In this document: positions 35,883 through 44,707 of the stretch, in pieces
Layout: the number at the start of each line of letters is the position of its first letter
Position numbering within the stretch: position 1 is the first letter of the stretch
Assembly: GCF_003217515.1 (NCBI RefSeq)
Contig: NZ_QJSX01000004.1
Location: 249,140 to 313,139, forward strand
Reading direction: 5' to 3'
DNA: 64,000 nucleotides
DNA from: Deinococcus yavapaiensis KR-236
Lineage (GTDB): Bacteria; Deinococcota; Deinococci; Deinococcales; Deinococcaceae
The notes under the pieces: generated by a model
Databases searched by the model: none
Told to the model about the DNA's origin: nothing
Seen by the model: the letters and a program-made list of their open reading frames with translations, nothing else
Program-made: the position numbers and the translations under genes

Positions 35883-37181
35883 ATGCGCGCCCTTCTTCCT
35901 TTGCTCGCCGCCCTCGCGGTCGCTTCGCCCGCCGCCGCGAGCAACCTCACCGTCACGTTTCACCGCGTGGGCGTTTCAGGCGGCCTCACGCTCGCGCTCG
36001 ACGGTCCGACGCTGCGCCGCGAAGTGCAGTCGCTTCGCGGCGCGGGACGGCGCTTCGTCACCGCGAGCGAGGTGGCGCGCGCGTCGGGCGACACGGCGGC
36101 GATCACGTTCGACGACGGGTACGTGGACGTGTACGACGTCGCCTTTCCGGTGTTGCGCGAACTCGGCGTGAAAGCGACCTTCTTCGTGATCACGGACAAG
36201 GTCGGGCACCCCGGCTACGTGTCGTGGACGCAACTGCGCGAGTTGCAAGCGGCCGGGTGGGAAATCGGGTCGCACACACGCAGCCACGCCGCCCTGCCCG
36301 ACCTCACGCCCGATTCGTTGGAACGCGAGCTGGGCGGAAGCCGCGACGAGCTCGCACGTCGCGGCTTCGACGCGGCGTGCGTGGCGTACCCGTTCGGTCT
36401 GCACGACGCGCGCGTTCGAGAAGTCGCCGCGCGGTTCTACTCGTGCGCTTTCACGACGAGCTTCGGCGTGAACGACGCGGCGACCGACCCGCTCGCCGCG
36501 AGGCGACCGCTCGGCACGCCGCTCGACGCGAATCTCGGCCTCGCGTGGCGCGCGAATTCGGGCGTCGATACCCGCGCGCCCGTCCTCGCGCTCGGCTTGC
36601 TCTCGACCTTGGAGCCGAGCGGCGAGGCGGGCGGCGCGCCTCGCTTCGGCAACGCCGCGCGCTTCGAGCTGCTCGGAGACGGCGCGTGGTCCTTCTCGGC
36701 GAGTCGGGAGGCGCGCGTTCAATCGTTCGTCGCGCGAGACGGCGCGTTCGTCCTCGGGGCGCGCACGGCACGCGGCGTTTCGCGCTTCGACGAAGTGACG
36801 CTCGGCGTGCGCGCGCTCGGAGCGGCGTTCGCGGTGGGGTTGTCGAGCGAGGGCCCGCTCGTCGGGGCGGCCGTGCCGCTCGGCGGCTTCGGAGAAGCGT
36901 GGGGCCGCTTCTCGTTCGGAGCGCGCTCGGCGACGCTCGGCGCGAGCGTGCTGCCCTTCGACTACGCGCGTCTCGACGTCGAGTGGAACGATCGCCGGGG
37001 CTTCGCGGTCGAGGGCACGTACGCCTTGCCGATCCAAGAAGGAGAAGGACGGCCGTTTCGCGTGCTGGCGGGCTTCGACGAAGGCGCGTACGGCGGCGTG
37101 ACGGCGCGCCTCGGCAGTTTCGACGTCACCGGCACCGTGGGCGCGCGCGGCGTGTCGATCGGCGTGAACGCGAAGTGGTAA
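35883..37181 (+). CDS. Polysaccharide deacetylase (NodB/CE4) family protein, secreted, with C-terminal extension
   Basis: Signal peptide; NodB motifs (ITFDDGY, WEIGSHTRSH). Confidence 0.8.
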   Translation: MRALLPLLAALAVASPAAASNLTVTFHRVGVSGGLTLALDGPTLRREVQSLRGAGRRFVTASEVARASGDTAAITFDDGYVDVYDVAFPVLRELGVKATFFVITDKVGHPGYVSWTQLRELQAAGWEIGSHTRSHAALPDLTPDSLERELGGSRDELARRGFDAACVAYPFGLHDARVREVAARFYSCAFTTSFGVNDAATDPLAARRPLGTPLDANLGLAWRANSGVDTRAPVLALGLLSTLEPSGEAGGAPRFGNAARFELLGDGAWSFSASREARVQSFVARDGAFVLGARTARGVSRFDEVTLGVRALGAAFAVGLSSEGPLVGAAVPLGGFGEAWGRFSFGARSATLGASVLPFDYARLDVEWNDRRGFAVEGTYALPIQEGEGRPFRVLAGFDEGAYGGVTARLGSFDVTGTVGARGVSIGVNAKW

Positions 37182-37248
37182 TGCCGACGGATATGAAGGC
37201 GGGGCGGCGAGAGTACAATGACACCTCGCGGCACGTCCGCCTATTCTT

Positions 37249-38685
37249 ATGACGATACCTAAAGGCTTTATTCGCGCTGACGACGTGCTCCAAGATCGCA
37301 TGACGGCCGACGAGGCCGTCCGCTTGGAAGTCACGCACGGCAATGGAAAACTCATGCGCGGCCTCGACATCCTGGGAATGAGCGGTCCCTTGCGGCCCAT
37401 CACGCCTTGGGAGCTCGAAGATCCTCATGGTCGCCACGTCATCAACGCGAGCGGTTACGCCGCCTTGCCCTTCGGCGACAATCCGCCCGAACTCGTGGGT
37501 TTCCTGCGCGACATGCTCGCCGTCGGCGGTCAAATCGCGATCGCTCAACAATCGGTCACGACGTGGCGAGCGGCGTTGGAAGCGAACTTGGTGCGCTTGC
37601 TTTCCCATCAAGCGCCGAGCCATGCCGATTCTCGCGTCTTCTTCTCGAACTCCGGCACGGAAGCGGTCGAGGCCGCCATCAAGTTCGCCGTCGCCGCGCG
37701 GCCCAAAGCCAAGTACCTCATCAACTTCCAGCGTGCCTACCACGGCAAAACGTTCATGAGCCTCTCGCTCACGCCGAACCCGACCTTGCAAGGCCCGTTT
37801 CGGAACTTGCTGTCGTCGAGCGTCGTGACTTTGCCGTTCGGCGACATCGAAGCCCTCGCTCGAACCGTGAAGCGGCTCGGGCCCGACAAGATCGTGGCGG
37901 TGGTGCTCGAACCGATTCTCGGTGAAGCGGGCGTTCGGCTTCCCCCGCCCGATTTCTTGCGGGCCGTGCACGACTTATGCCGTCCGAAAGGCGTGCTGCT
38001 CGTCGTCGACGAGATCCAAACGGGCCTCGGTCGGTCCGGGCACTGGTTCCAAAGCCTCGCCGCAGGCCTCGAACCCGACATCATCACCCTCGCCAAACCG
38101 CTCGGCGGAGGCTTGGTGCCCGTGGGCGCCACGATCGTACGCAACTCCATCTACCGCGAGTTGCTCGGCGACGTGAACAAACTCAAGCGGCACAGCAACA
38201 CCTTCGGGGGAAACTCGATCGCCATGGCGGTCGGTTTGAAGTCGCTGGAGATGCTGATCGACATGGACGCGCCCGCGCGCTCGCGCGCCCTGGGAGAGCG
38301 CGGCCTCACGCGTCTCAAGGCCGTGCAGCAACGTTTTCCGAATTTGCTGGAGGATGTCCGAGGAGCGGGGACGTTGTTCGCCATGAACTTCCGTCCGGTC
38401 ATCGATCCCAAGTTTCTTCCCGGGCAAGCGGATTTCGTGAGCGAAGTCAGCGGCTTCCTGGCGCTTCTGGCGTTCTACCGAGCGGGTGTGCAGCTCAATT
38501 TCAGCTTGAATGCCGCGCGGACCATGCGCATCACGCCCGCCATGAACATGCCCGACGACGTGTTCGACGAGTTGTTCGACCGAGTCGGGCGCGCCGCCGA
38601 ACAGCACCCGACGAGCTTCTCGTTGGTGCGGGGCACGGGCTTGGGGAAGCTCTTGCAATTGGCGAAGTTCGCCTTCTTCGAGTAG
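37249..38685 (+). CDS. Class III (acetylornithine/omega-type) aminotransferase family protein with N-terminal extension
   Basis: PLP fold type I, AT-III motifs (SGTEAVEAAIKFA, VDEIQTGLGRSG, TLAKPLGGG). Confidence 0.8.
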   Translation: MTIPKGFIRADDVLQDRMTADEAVRLEVTHGNGKLMRGLDILGMSGPLRPITPWELEDPHGRHVINASGYAALPFGDNPPELVGFLRDMLAVGGQIAIAQQSVTTWRAALEANLVRLLSHQAPSHADSRVFFSNSGTEAVEAAIKFAVAARPKAKYLINFQRAYHGKTFMSLSLTPNPTLQGPFRNLLSSSVVTLPFGDIEALARTVKRLGPDKIVAVVLEPILGEAGVRLPPPDFLRAVHDLCRPKGVLLVVDEIQTGLGRSGHWFQSLAAGLEPDIITLAKPLGGGLVPVGATIVRNSIYRELLGDVNKLKRHSNTFGGNSIAMAVGLKSLEMLIDMDAPARSRALGERGLTRLKAVQQRFPNLLEDVRGAGTLFAMNFRPVIDPKFLPGQADFVSEVSGFLALLAFYRAGVQLNFSLNAARTMRITPAMNMPDDVFDELFDRVGRAAEQHPTSFSLVRGTGLGKLLQLAKFAFFE

Positions 38686-38914
38686 AGGCAGAGCCGCGTG
38701 GTGCGCGGCGAGCGTCGCCGAAGCGCCGACCTTTCCTCGAACGCCGCCTCGTCACTCATGAAGGGACAGACTGAGCGTTCATGGACGTCACGCCACGCCT
38801 CCACAAAACTCGCAACGGTGCTAAGCTGAGCCGAAACAATCCAACAAGGGGCGCGCACGAGCCGCGAACTGTGCGTCGCGTGAGCCGCGTCCGCCTTGAC
38901 GAACCGGAGGAGTT

Positions 38915-40048
38915 ATGACCGCCACGATCGCCAAAGGACTCGAAGGAGTCCTGTTCACAGAAAGCAAGCTCACGTTCATCAACGGCACCGAGGGCATCCT
39001 CACGCACCTCGGCATTCCCATTCAGGAGTGGGCCGAGAAGAGCACGTTCGAAGAACTGAGCTTCGCGCTGTTGCACGGCAAGCTCCCGACGAGCGAGGAA
39101 CTCGCGAAGTTCGACGCCGAGCTTCGCGCCAACCGTGAAGTGCCCGCCGAGCTTTTGCGCGCCATCGCCTCTTACCCGAAGGGCGCGCACCCCATGCAAG
39201 CGCTTCGCACGGCCGTGTCGCACCTCGGGCTGCTCGACAGCCAAGCGGAAGACACGAGCGCCGAAGGCCGTTACGCAATCGGCGTGCGGATGATCGCGCA
39301 GTTCTCCACGATCATCGCCGCGATCGCGCGCGCGCAAGACGGTCAGGACGTGGTCGCGCCCCGCGCGGATCTCACGCACGCCGGGAACTTCCTTTACATG
39401 CTCAAGGGCCACGAGCCCACGCCCGAGGAAGCGCGACTGTTCGACATCGCCCTCATCCTGCACGCCGACCACGGCATGAACGCCTCCACGTTCACCGCCA
39501 TCGCCACGGCGTCCACGCTGAGCGACATGTACTCCTCCATCACGTCCGCCATCGGCGCCCTCAAGGGCCCGCTGCACGGAGGCGCGAACGAAGCGGTGAT
39601 GGACATGCTCGACGAGATCGGCACCGTCGAGAACGCCGTGTCGTACATCACGCACAAGCTCGACAACAAAGAAAAGATCATGGGCGTCGGGCACCGCGTG
39701 TACAAGTACTTCGACCCGCGCTCGCGCGTGCTGCGCGAGTACGCGGCGTTCGTCTCGGAAAAGCAGGGCAAGAGCCACTACTACCAGATCCTCGAGACGA
39801 TCGAGAAGGAAATCGTGGAGCGCCTCGGCGGCAAGGGCATTTACCCCAACGTCGACTTCTACAGCGGCGTCGTGTACTCGGACCTCGGCATCAAGAAGTC
39901 GTACTTCACGCCGATTTTCGGCCTCGCGCGCATCAGCGGTTGGGTCGCCTCGGTGATCGAGTACACCGACAACAACCGCCTGCTGCGCCCGGACGCCGTG
40001 TACACCGGCGCCAAGGATCAGCATTACGTCGAGATCGCTCAGCGCTGA
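38915..40048 (+). CDS. gltA: Citrate synthase (short dimeric type; possibly 2-methylcitrate synthase)
   Basis: GVGHRVYKYFDPRS, LHGGANE, YPNVDFYSG motifs. Confidence 0.9.
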   Translation: MTATIAKGLEGVLFTESKLTFINGTEGILTHLGIPIQEWAEKSTFEELSFALLHGKLPTSEELAKFDAELRANREVPAELLRAIASYPKGAHPMQALRTAVSHLGLLDSQAEDTSAEGRYAIGVRMIAQFSTIIAAIARAQDGQDVVAPRADLTHAGNFLYMLKGHEPTPEEARLFDIALILHADHGMNASTFTAIATASTLSDMYSSITSAIGALKGPLHGGANEAVMDMLDEIGTVENAVSYITHKLDNKEKIMGVGHRVYKYFDPRSRVLREYAAFVSEKQGKSHYYQILETIEKEIVERLGGKGIYPNVDFYSGVVYSDLGIKKSYFTPIFGLARISGWVASVIEYTDNNRLLRPDAVYTGAKDQHYVEIAQR

Positions 40049-40062
40049 GCCCTCGCCGTTTC

Positions 40063-40106
40063 GAGGAGGGCGGGTCTCGGACCCGCCCTCCTCGACGTTG
40101 TTCGTT
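40063..40106 (+). terminator. Rho-independent terminator after citrate synthase
   Basis: GAGGAGGGCGGGTC-tcgg-ACCCGCCCTCCTC followed by a T-rich tail. Confidence 0.65.
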
Positions 40107-40116
40107 CGGCGGCGCG

Positions 40117-40689
40117 TCAGGCGCCGTAGCGAGCGAGCAATTCGCGGTCCACTCCGCGCCGTTTCGCCCAATTCGCGACGGCGCGAAGCACGGGGTTGAG
40201 CACCCCGAGCAAACCGGGTACCCGGGAGTTCGTGAGGTCGGTCAGAACCGCGAGATGCACGAGCGACTTCGGCGTGCCGTCGGGGCTCAGCAATCCGTCG
40301 CGCGCGAGGCCGTACAGCACGATCAAGCCCGCTTCCAAGCCGGGATTTCCAGGAGCGACCGTGACTCGCGCGACGGCCGTTTCGTCGCCGTCGTTGAACC
40401 AGCGGTGCGCCGAACCGATGTCGGCCGTCGCGGACTCGCCAGGACGAAGGCGCACGACGCGCGCGCCGACCTGAACGCCGAACACGCCCGAAACGCACGT
40501 GAACGACTCGCTGTACGCGTCGTGGAAGTGCAAGCCCAGACCGCCTCCCGGCGCGACTTCCAAGTCGAGGAGGGTGTCGCACGTTCCGTCGGTTCGGCGC
40601 ACGAACGTCACGGTGTCGCGCGACACCGGATTGCTGATGCGAAGCGGGGACTGCTCGGTGGACTCGGGGGCAAAGTTCGTAACGGTCAT
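40117..40689 (-). CDS. Cupin domain protein with C-terminal helical extension, 190 aa
   Basis: Start MTVTNFAPE with AAGGAG RBS; cupin motif GLHFHDAYSESFTCVSG. Confidence 0.7.
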   Translation of the reverse strand: MTVTNFAPESTEQSPLRISNPVSRDTVTFVRRTDGTCDTLLDLEVAPGGGLGLHFHDAYSESFTCVSGVFGVQVGARVVRLRPGESATADIGSAHRWFNDGDETAVARVTVAPGNPGLEAGLIVLYGLARDGLLSPDGTPKSLVHLAVLTDLTNSRVPGLLGVLNPVLRAVANWAKRRGVDRELLARYGA

Positions 40690-40736
40690 GATGGTCTCCT
40701 TGACTCGCGCGCAAAGGCGCGGGAAAGAACGTCGTG

Positions 40737-41528
40737 TCAAGCGCTGGAGCGCAGCGAGAAGGCGGCGGGGCGAGCGTCGGCGGTGAATCGTTCTCCTCCG
40801 AGGAGTGCGCGCGCCAGCCCTTGGGTCTCGCCGAGAGGCTCGACGCCGAGTTCGCGGCGAAGACGCGTCCTCAACTGCTCGAAGCACGTCCAGGCGCGGT
40901 GCCGATTGCCCGTCGAGGCGTGCAGACGCATCAAACGAACGTGCGCGTCCTCGGAAAGCGGGTCGAGGTACAGCAGACGCTGCACGACCCGCAGCGCCTC
41001 GCTCGATTGGCCCGTGCGTTCGAAGCGGTCGGCGTGGTCGCGCAGCCTCAGCAAGGTGCGCTCGAACAAGCGTTCACGCGCGAAGATCACCCACTCCTCC
41101 AAGTCCGGGCAATCGTCGAATTCGCACGCGGCCAAGAGCCGCGGGTCGCCGTGCAGCAGCGAGGCGTCCGAGCCGCTCGGAGACGCGTCGAGGCCGAGCA
41201 CGTCTGCCGTGACGTCCGCGCAAAGCGCCAAGCAAACGCGCCCCTCGATCAACGAGGTTCCTGCCAGGGCGTGCAGTTTGCGCAGAAGTTGCACGAGGTT
41301 GTTGCGGGCGGTCTCCTCGCGGCTTTCGGGCCACAGGAGGTGCAGCAGGCGCGCGCGAGGCGTCGGACCTTCCAGCGCCAGAATGGCGAGCAAAGCGGCG
41401 GTTTTGCGTTCCAGCGCGACGCGTCGCTTCGCGGCGTTCAAGACGGTCGGAGCGCCGAGCAACTGCAACGTGGTCGCAGCGGCTCCGCCGCGCGAAGAGG
41501 GCGAGTCGAGCAAGGTGAAAGTCGGCAT
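40737..41528 (-). CDS. SARP/AfsR-family transcriptional activator (OmpR-type wHTH plus BTAD domain), 263 aa
   Basis: N-terminal wHTH (LQLLGAPTV...RRVALERKTAALLAILALEG) followed by a bacterial transcriptional activation domain. Confidence 0.75.
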   Translation of the reverse strand: MPTFTLLDSPSSRGGAAATTLQLLGAPTVLNAAKRRVALERKTAALLAILALEGPTPRARLLHLLWPESREETARNNLVQLLRKLHALAGTSLIEGRVCLALCADVTADVLGLDASPSGSDASLLHGDPRLLAACEFDDCPDLEEWVIFARERLFERTLLRLRDHADRFERTGQSSEALRVVQRLLYLDPLSEDAHVRLMRLHASTGNRHRAWTCFEQLRTRLRRELGVEPLGETQGLARALLGGERFTADARPAAFSLRSSA

Positions 41529-41529
41529 G

Positions 41530-42039
41530 TCAACGCTCCTGTGCATCGCGGGCGGGGAAAGGTTCGGGGAAGTACCGAAGGCCGAAGGTCTCGCCCAAGC
41601 GGACGAGGGCGGGCACGTTCGGCGGCTCGACGATTCCAGATTCGACGGACTCGTCGACGGTCGGGCCCGCTTCGGCGATCGCTTGCAAGTACCGCTCGAA
41701 GCCGGCGGGCGTGTACGTCGCGGTCAGCCGCGCCGTCTCCGTGAGCAGGCGCAGGGCATGCGGCACGCCCCGGCGCAGGAGCAGGGTGTCGAACGGACCG
41801 AGCAGGACGTCGTCCCCGGCGAGGTGCACGCAGACTTGCCCTTCGAGCACGGTGAGAATTTCGTCTTCCGCGTCGTGCACGTGGACGGGCAACTCGAAGC
41901 CTCGGCGCGCTCGAACGTCGAGCACGGACAAGCGTTCGTCGGTGTCGCCGCCCGAGACCAGGACTCGGAAGCGGTCGGCGCGCACACGAAACGTGCGCGG
42001 CGAGAGGGCGGATCGAACGGGTGGGGTCGTGTCTGTCAT
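41530..42039 (-). CDS. Cupin domain protein, 169 aa (paralogous architecture to 40117..40689)
   Basis: Cupin motif LPVHVHDAEDEILTVLEGQV; start MTDTTPPVRS. Confidence 0.7.
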   Translation of the reverse strand: MTDTTPPVRSALSPRTFRVRADRFRVLVSGGDTDERLSVLDVRARRGFELPVHVHDAEDEILTVLEGQVCVHLAGDDVLLGPFDTLLLRRGVPHALRLLTETARLTATYTPAGFERYLQAIAEAGPTVDESVESGIVEPPNVPALVRLGETFGLRYFPEPFPARDAQER

Positions 42040-42115
42040 GAATAGCCTCGACGTCAGCGTAGTTCGGGCCGTCCGCCGCGCCATCCTCAATTCAGGGGAA
42101 ACGAGCGACCTTCAA

Positions 42116-44428
42116 ATGAGGGGGAGCCCTGCTCGGCGTAGCATGGGCACGACCATGCCCCGAGCGATTTCTCCCCTGCCAGCGCAAGCCACGTCCCTCG
42201 TCGGTCGAGAGCGTGAACTTGAGCAAGTCCACCAAATCCTGAATTGGCCCGACGTCACGCTCCTGACCCTCACGGGACCGGGCGGTGTCGGAAAGACGCG
42301 GCTCGCCCTCGAATTGGCGGGTCGCCTGCAAGACCGCTTTCCCGACGGAGTCGTGTTCGTACCGCTCGCGGCGTTGGAGCGCCCCGCCCAAGTGCTGCCC
42401 GCGATCGCCGAGGCGGTGAACCTGCACGAGGCGGGCCGTGATCTCGTCGAAGCGCTCGGAGACGTTCTCGCGCCGCGTCAACTGTTGTTGGTGCTCGACA
42501 ATTTCGAACACGTTCTCGCCGCCGCCCCCGACGTCTCTCGTTTGACGGCCGTAGCGCCGGGTCTCACGGTGCTCGCGACGAGCCGCGAGCGGCTCAAGCT
42601 GTACGGCGAACACGAGTTTCCGGTGTCTCCGCTCGGCTTGCCGAGCGCCGAGGACCCGGTCGGCGAGGCGGTTCGATTGTTCTTCGAACGCGCGCGCGCC
42701 GTACGGCCCGACTTCACGCTCACAGACGCGGTGCGGCCCGCCGTCGAAGAGTTGTGTCGCCGCCTCGACGGTCTGCCCTTGGCGATCGAGTTGGCGGCGG
42801 CGCGCATCCGAATGTGGAGCGTTCCCGCGTTGCTCGCCCGCATGGACCAGCGCTTGACGCTGCTGACCGAGGGGCCGAGCGATCTTCCGTCACGGCAGCG
42901 GACGCTCCGAGCGGCGATCGAGTGGAGTCACGCGCTTCTCGCCGAGGACGAACAGCGGCTGTTCGCTCGTCTGGGCGTGTTCGTCGGTGACTTCACCTTG
43001 GAGGCGGCGGAAGCGGTGGGGGGAGGCGACGTAAACGTCTTGTCCGCCCTCACGTCCCTGGTGGACAAAAGCCTCGTGCAAAGCGTGCACGACCCGCTCG
43101 AAAGCCGCTTCTTGCTGCTGGAGTCCCTGCGCGCCTTCGCGCTGGAGCGATTGGACGCCTCAGCGGACGCGCACCGTGTTCGCGCCGCGCACCGAGCTTT
43201 CTACCAAGCTCGGACGCGGGCGATCGACGCGACCTTGCGCGGCGATCACAGCGGCGGCGTGGCGCACGGCGTGGCGCGAGAGTTGCCGAACATCTTGGCG
43301 GCGCTCGCGTTCTCGACGCGAACGCGAGACGAAGCTGCCCTCGCCGACTTCGCCGAGCACTTGCCGTTCGTCTTGACGGCGCGCTTCGACGAATCTGCCG
43401 CGCCGTACGTGCGCGAGGCTTTGAACGCCGCCCCGGCGGGCAGTCAAGCGGTCGGATGGTGGCAGCACGCCCTCGCCTTCACGGCGTTTCGGCAAGGCGA
43501 CGCGCTTCGCAGCGAGCAGTTGGCGAGAAAGTGCGTCGAGACGTTCGAAGCGATCGGGGAAGCGCGCGGCCTCGCGTACGGATTGCAAGCGCGCGGTTAC
43601 GCTCGGTTCGCGACCGATCCGCTCGGCGCACGCGCCGACCTCGAGCGTTGCCTGGAGTGGGCGCGACCTCAGCGAGACGCGTTTTTGGTGGCGGTGTGCC
43701 TCAACGGACTGGGGCTGCTCGCCGGTTTCATGGGCGCGACGGCCGAGGCGCGCGCCGCGTTGCAAGAGTCCGCCGAGTGGTCGCGAACGGCGCACCACTC
43801 GCTGTGGGGCTGGGCCGTGCTGTGCCTCGCGCCCCTCGACTTGGCGGAGGGCGACGTGGCGGCGGCCCGCGCGAAATTGCACGACGTGCTCGATCTCGCT
43901 CGGCGCGTGGACGAACCCGTCTTGACGATGGGAGGCTTGTACGGTGCGGCGGCGATCGCGATGCTCGAAGGACGTGAGCGCGACGCCGCGTTTTTGTGGG
44001 GCGCGACGGACGCCATTCGCACGGCCCTCGGCATTCGGCCGAACGTCGAGCGCGAGATGTTCATGCCGTGGCTGGCGTCCTTACCCGACTCCTCGAACGC
44101 GCCGCGTCTCGCCGACGCCGTGCAAGCCGGTCAGAATGCTTCCCTGGACGCCTTGCTGACCACGCTGACGGCGGCGAACTTGCGCCCCGACATGCTCCTC
44201 GCTTCCGCCGACTCGGCTCCGAGCGAAGCGAGCGCTCATACCTTGACGCCGCGCGAACGGGACGTGCTGCGGCTTTTGGCGGAAGGCTTGTCGAACAAGC
44301 AAATCGCGGCGAAGTTGGGCAGCGGCGTGTACACCGTGAACGACCAAGTGGCGGCGGTCTTCTCGAAGCTCGGGGTGCGCAACCGCGCGGCGGCCACGCG
44401 CTACGCGTTGCAGCACGGGCTCGCGTGA
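42116..44428 (+). CDS. Large ATP-binding LuxR-family transcriptional regulator (LAL/MalT-like: AAA/NB-ARC ATPase plus TPR-like helical region plus C-terminal LuxR HTH)
   Basis: Walker A LTGPGGVGKTRLALE; C-terminal LTPRERDVLRLLAEGLSNKQIAAKLG...VRNRAAA LuxR HTH. Start among three close ATGs (42116/42143/42155), divergent from the cupin gene. Confidence 0.8.
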   Translation: MRGSPARRSMGTTMPRAISPLPAQATSLVGRERELEQVHQILNWPDVTLLTLTGPGGVGKTRLALELAGRLQDRFPDGVVFVPLAALERPAQVLPAIAEAVNLHEAGRDLVEALGDVLAPRQLLLVLDNFEHVLAAAPDVSRLTAVAPGLTVLATSRERLKLYGEHEFPVSPLGLPSAEDPVGEAVRLFFERARAVRPDFTLTDAVRPAVEELCRRLDGLPLAIELAAARIRMWSVPALLARMDQRLTLLTEGPSDLPSRQRTLRAAIEWSHALLAEDEQRLFARLGVFVGDFTLEAAEAVGGGDVNVLSALTSLVDKSLVQSVHDPLESRFLLLESLRAFALERLDASADAHRVRAAHRAFYQARTRAIDATLRGDHSGGVAHGVARELPNILAALAFSTRTRDEAALADFAEHLPFVLTARFDESAAPYVREALNAAPAGSQAVGWWQHALAFTAFRQGDALRSEQLARKCVETFEAIGEARGLAYGLQARGYARFATDPLGARADLERCLEWARPQRDAFLVAVCLNGLGLLAGFMGATAEARAALQESAEWSRTAHHSLWGWAVLCLAPLDLAEGDVAAARAKLHDVLDLARRVDEPVLTMGGLYGAAAIAMLEGRERDAAFLWGATDAIRTALGIRPNVEREMFMPWLASLPDSSNAPRLADAVQAGQNASLDALLTTLTAANLRPDMLLASADSAPSEASAHTLTPRERDVLRLLAEGLSNKQIAAKLGSGVYTVNDQVAAVFSKLGVRNRAAATRYALQHGLA

Positions 44429-44494
44429 CGCACCCGGACGGCGCCCTCGCTTGACGAACCGCGCCCGGCGCGTCTTTACGGTACATTAACGGCC

Positions 44495-44707
44495 ATGACC
44501 CGCCTCGTGAGTTCCGCCCTCGCCGTCTTGCTGATCGCCGCCTTCGGCTTGTTCGCGGTGTGGCTCGCGGGGCAGGTGCTGCAATTTCTCGGGGTACTCT
44601 TGACGAGCCTCGCCGTGGTGTTGGCGAGGCTCGCGTGGTTCTTGCTGCTGGCGGCGGTGCTGGGCGGACTCGCGTACTTCCTCGCGAGCGTGTACCGCAA
44701 AAGTTAG
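44495..44707 (+). CDS. Small membrane protein (2 TM), 70 aa
   Basis: Very hydrophobic ORF with ATG; no obvious RBS; convergent 4-nt overlap with the vWA gene. Confidence 0.35.
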   Translation: MTRLVSSALAVLLIAAFGLFAVWLAGQVLQFLGVLLTSLAVVLARLAWFLLLAAVLGGLAYFLASVYRKS

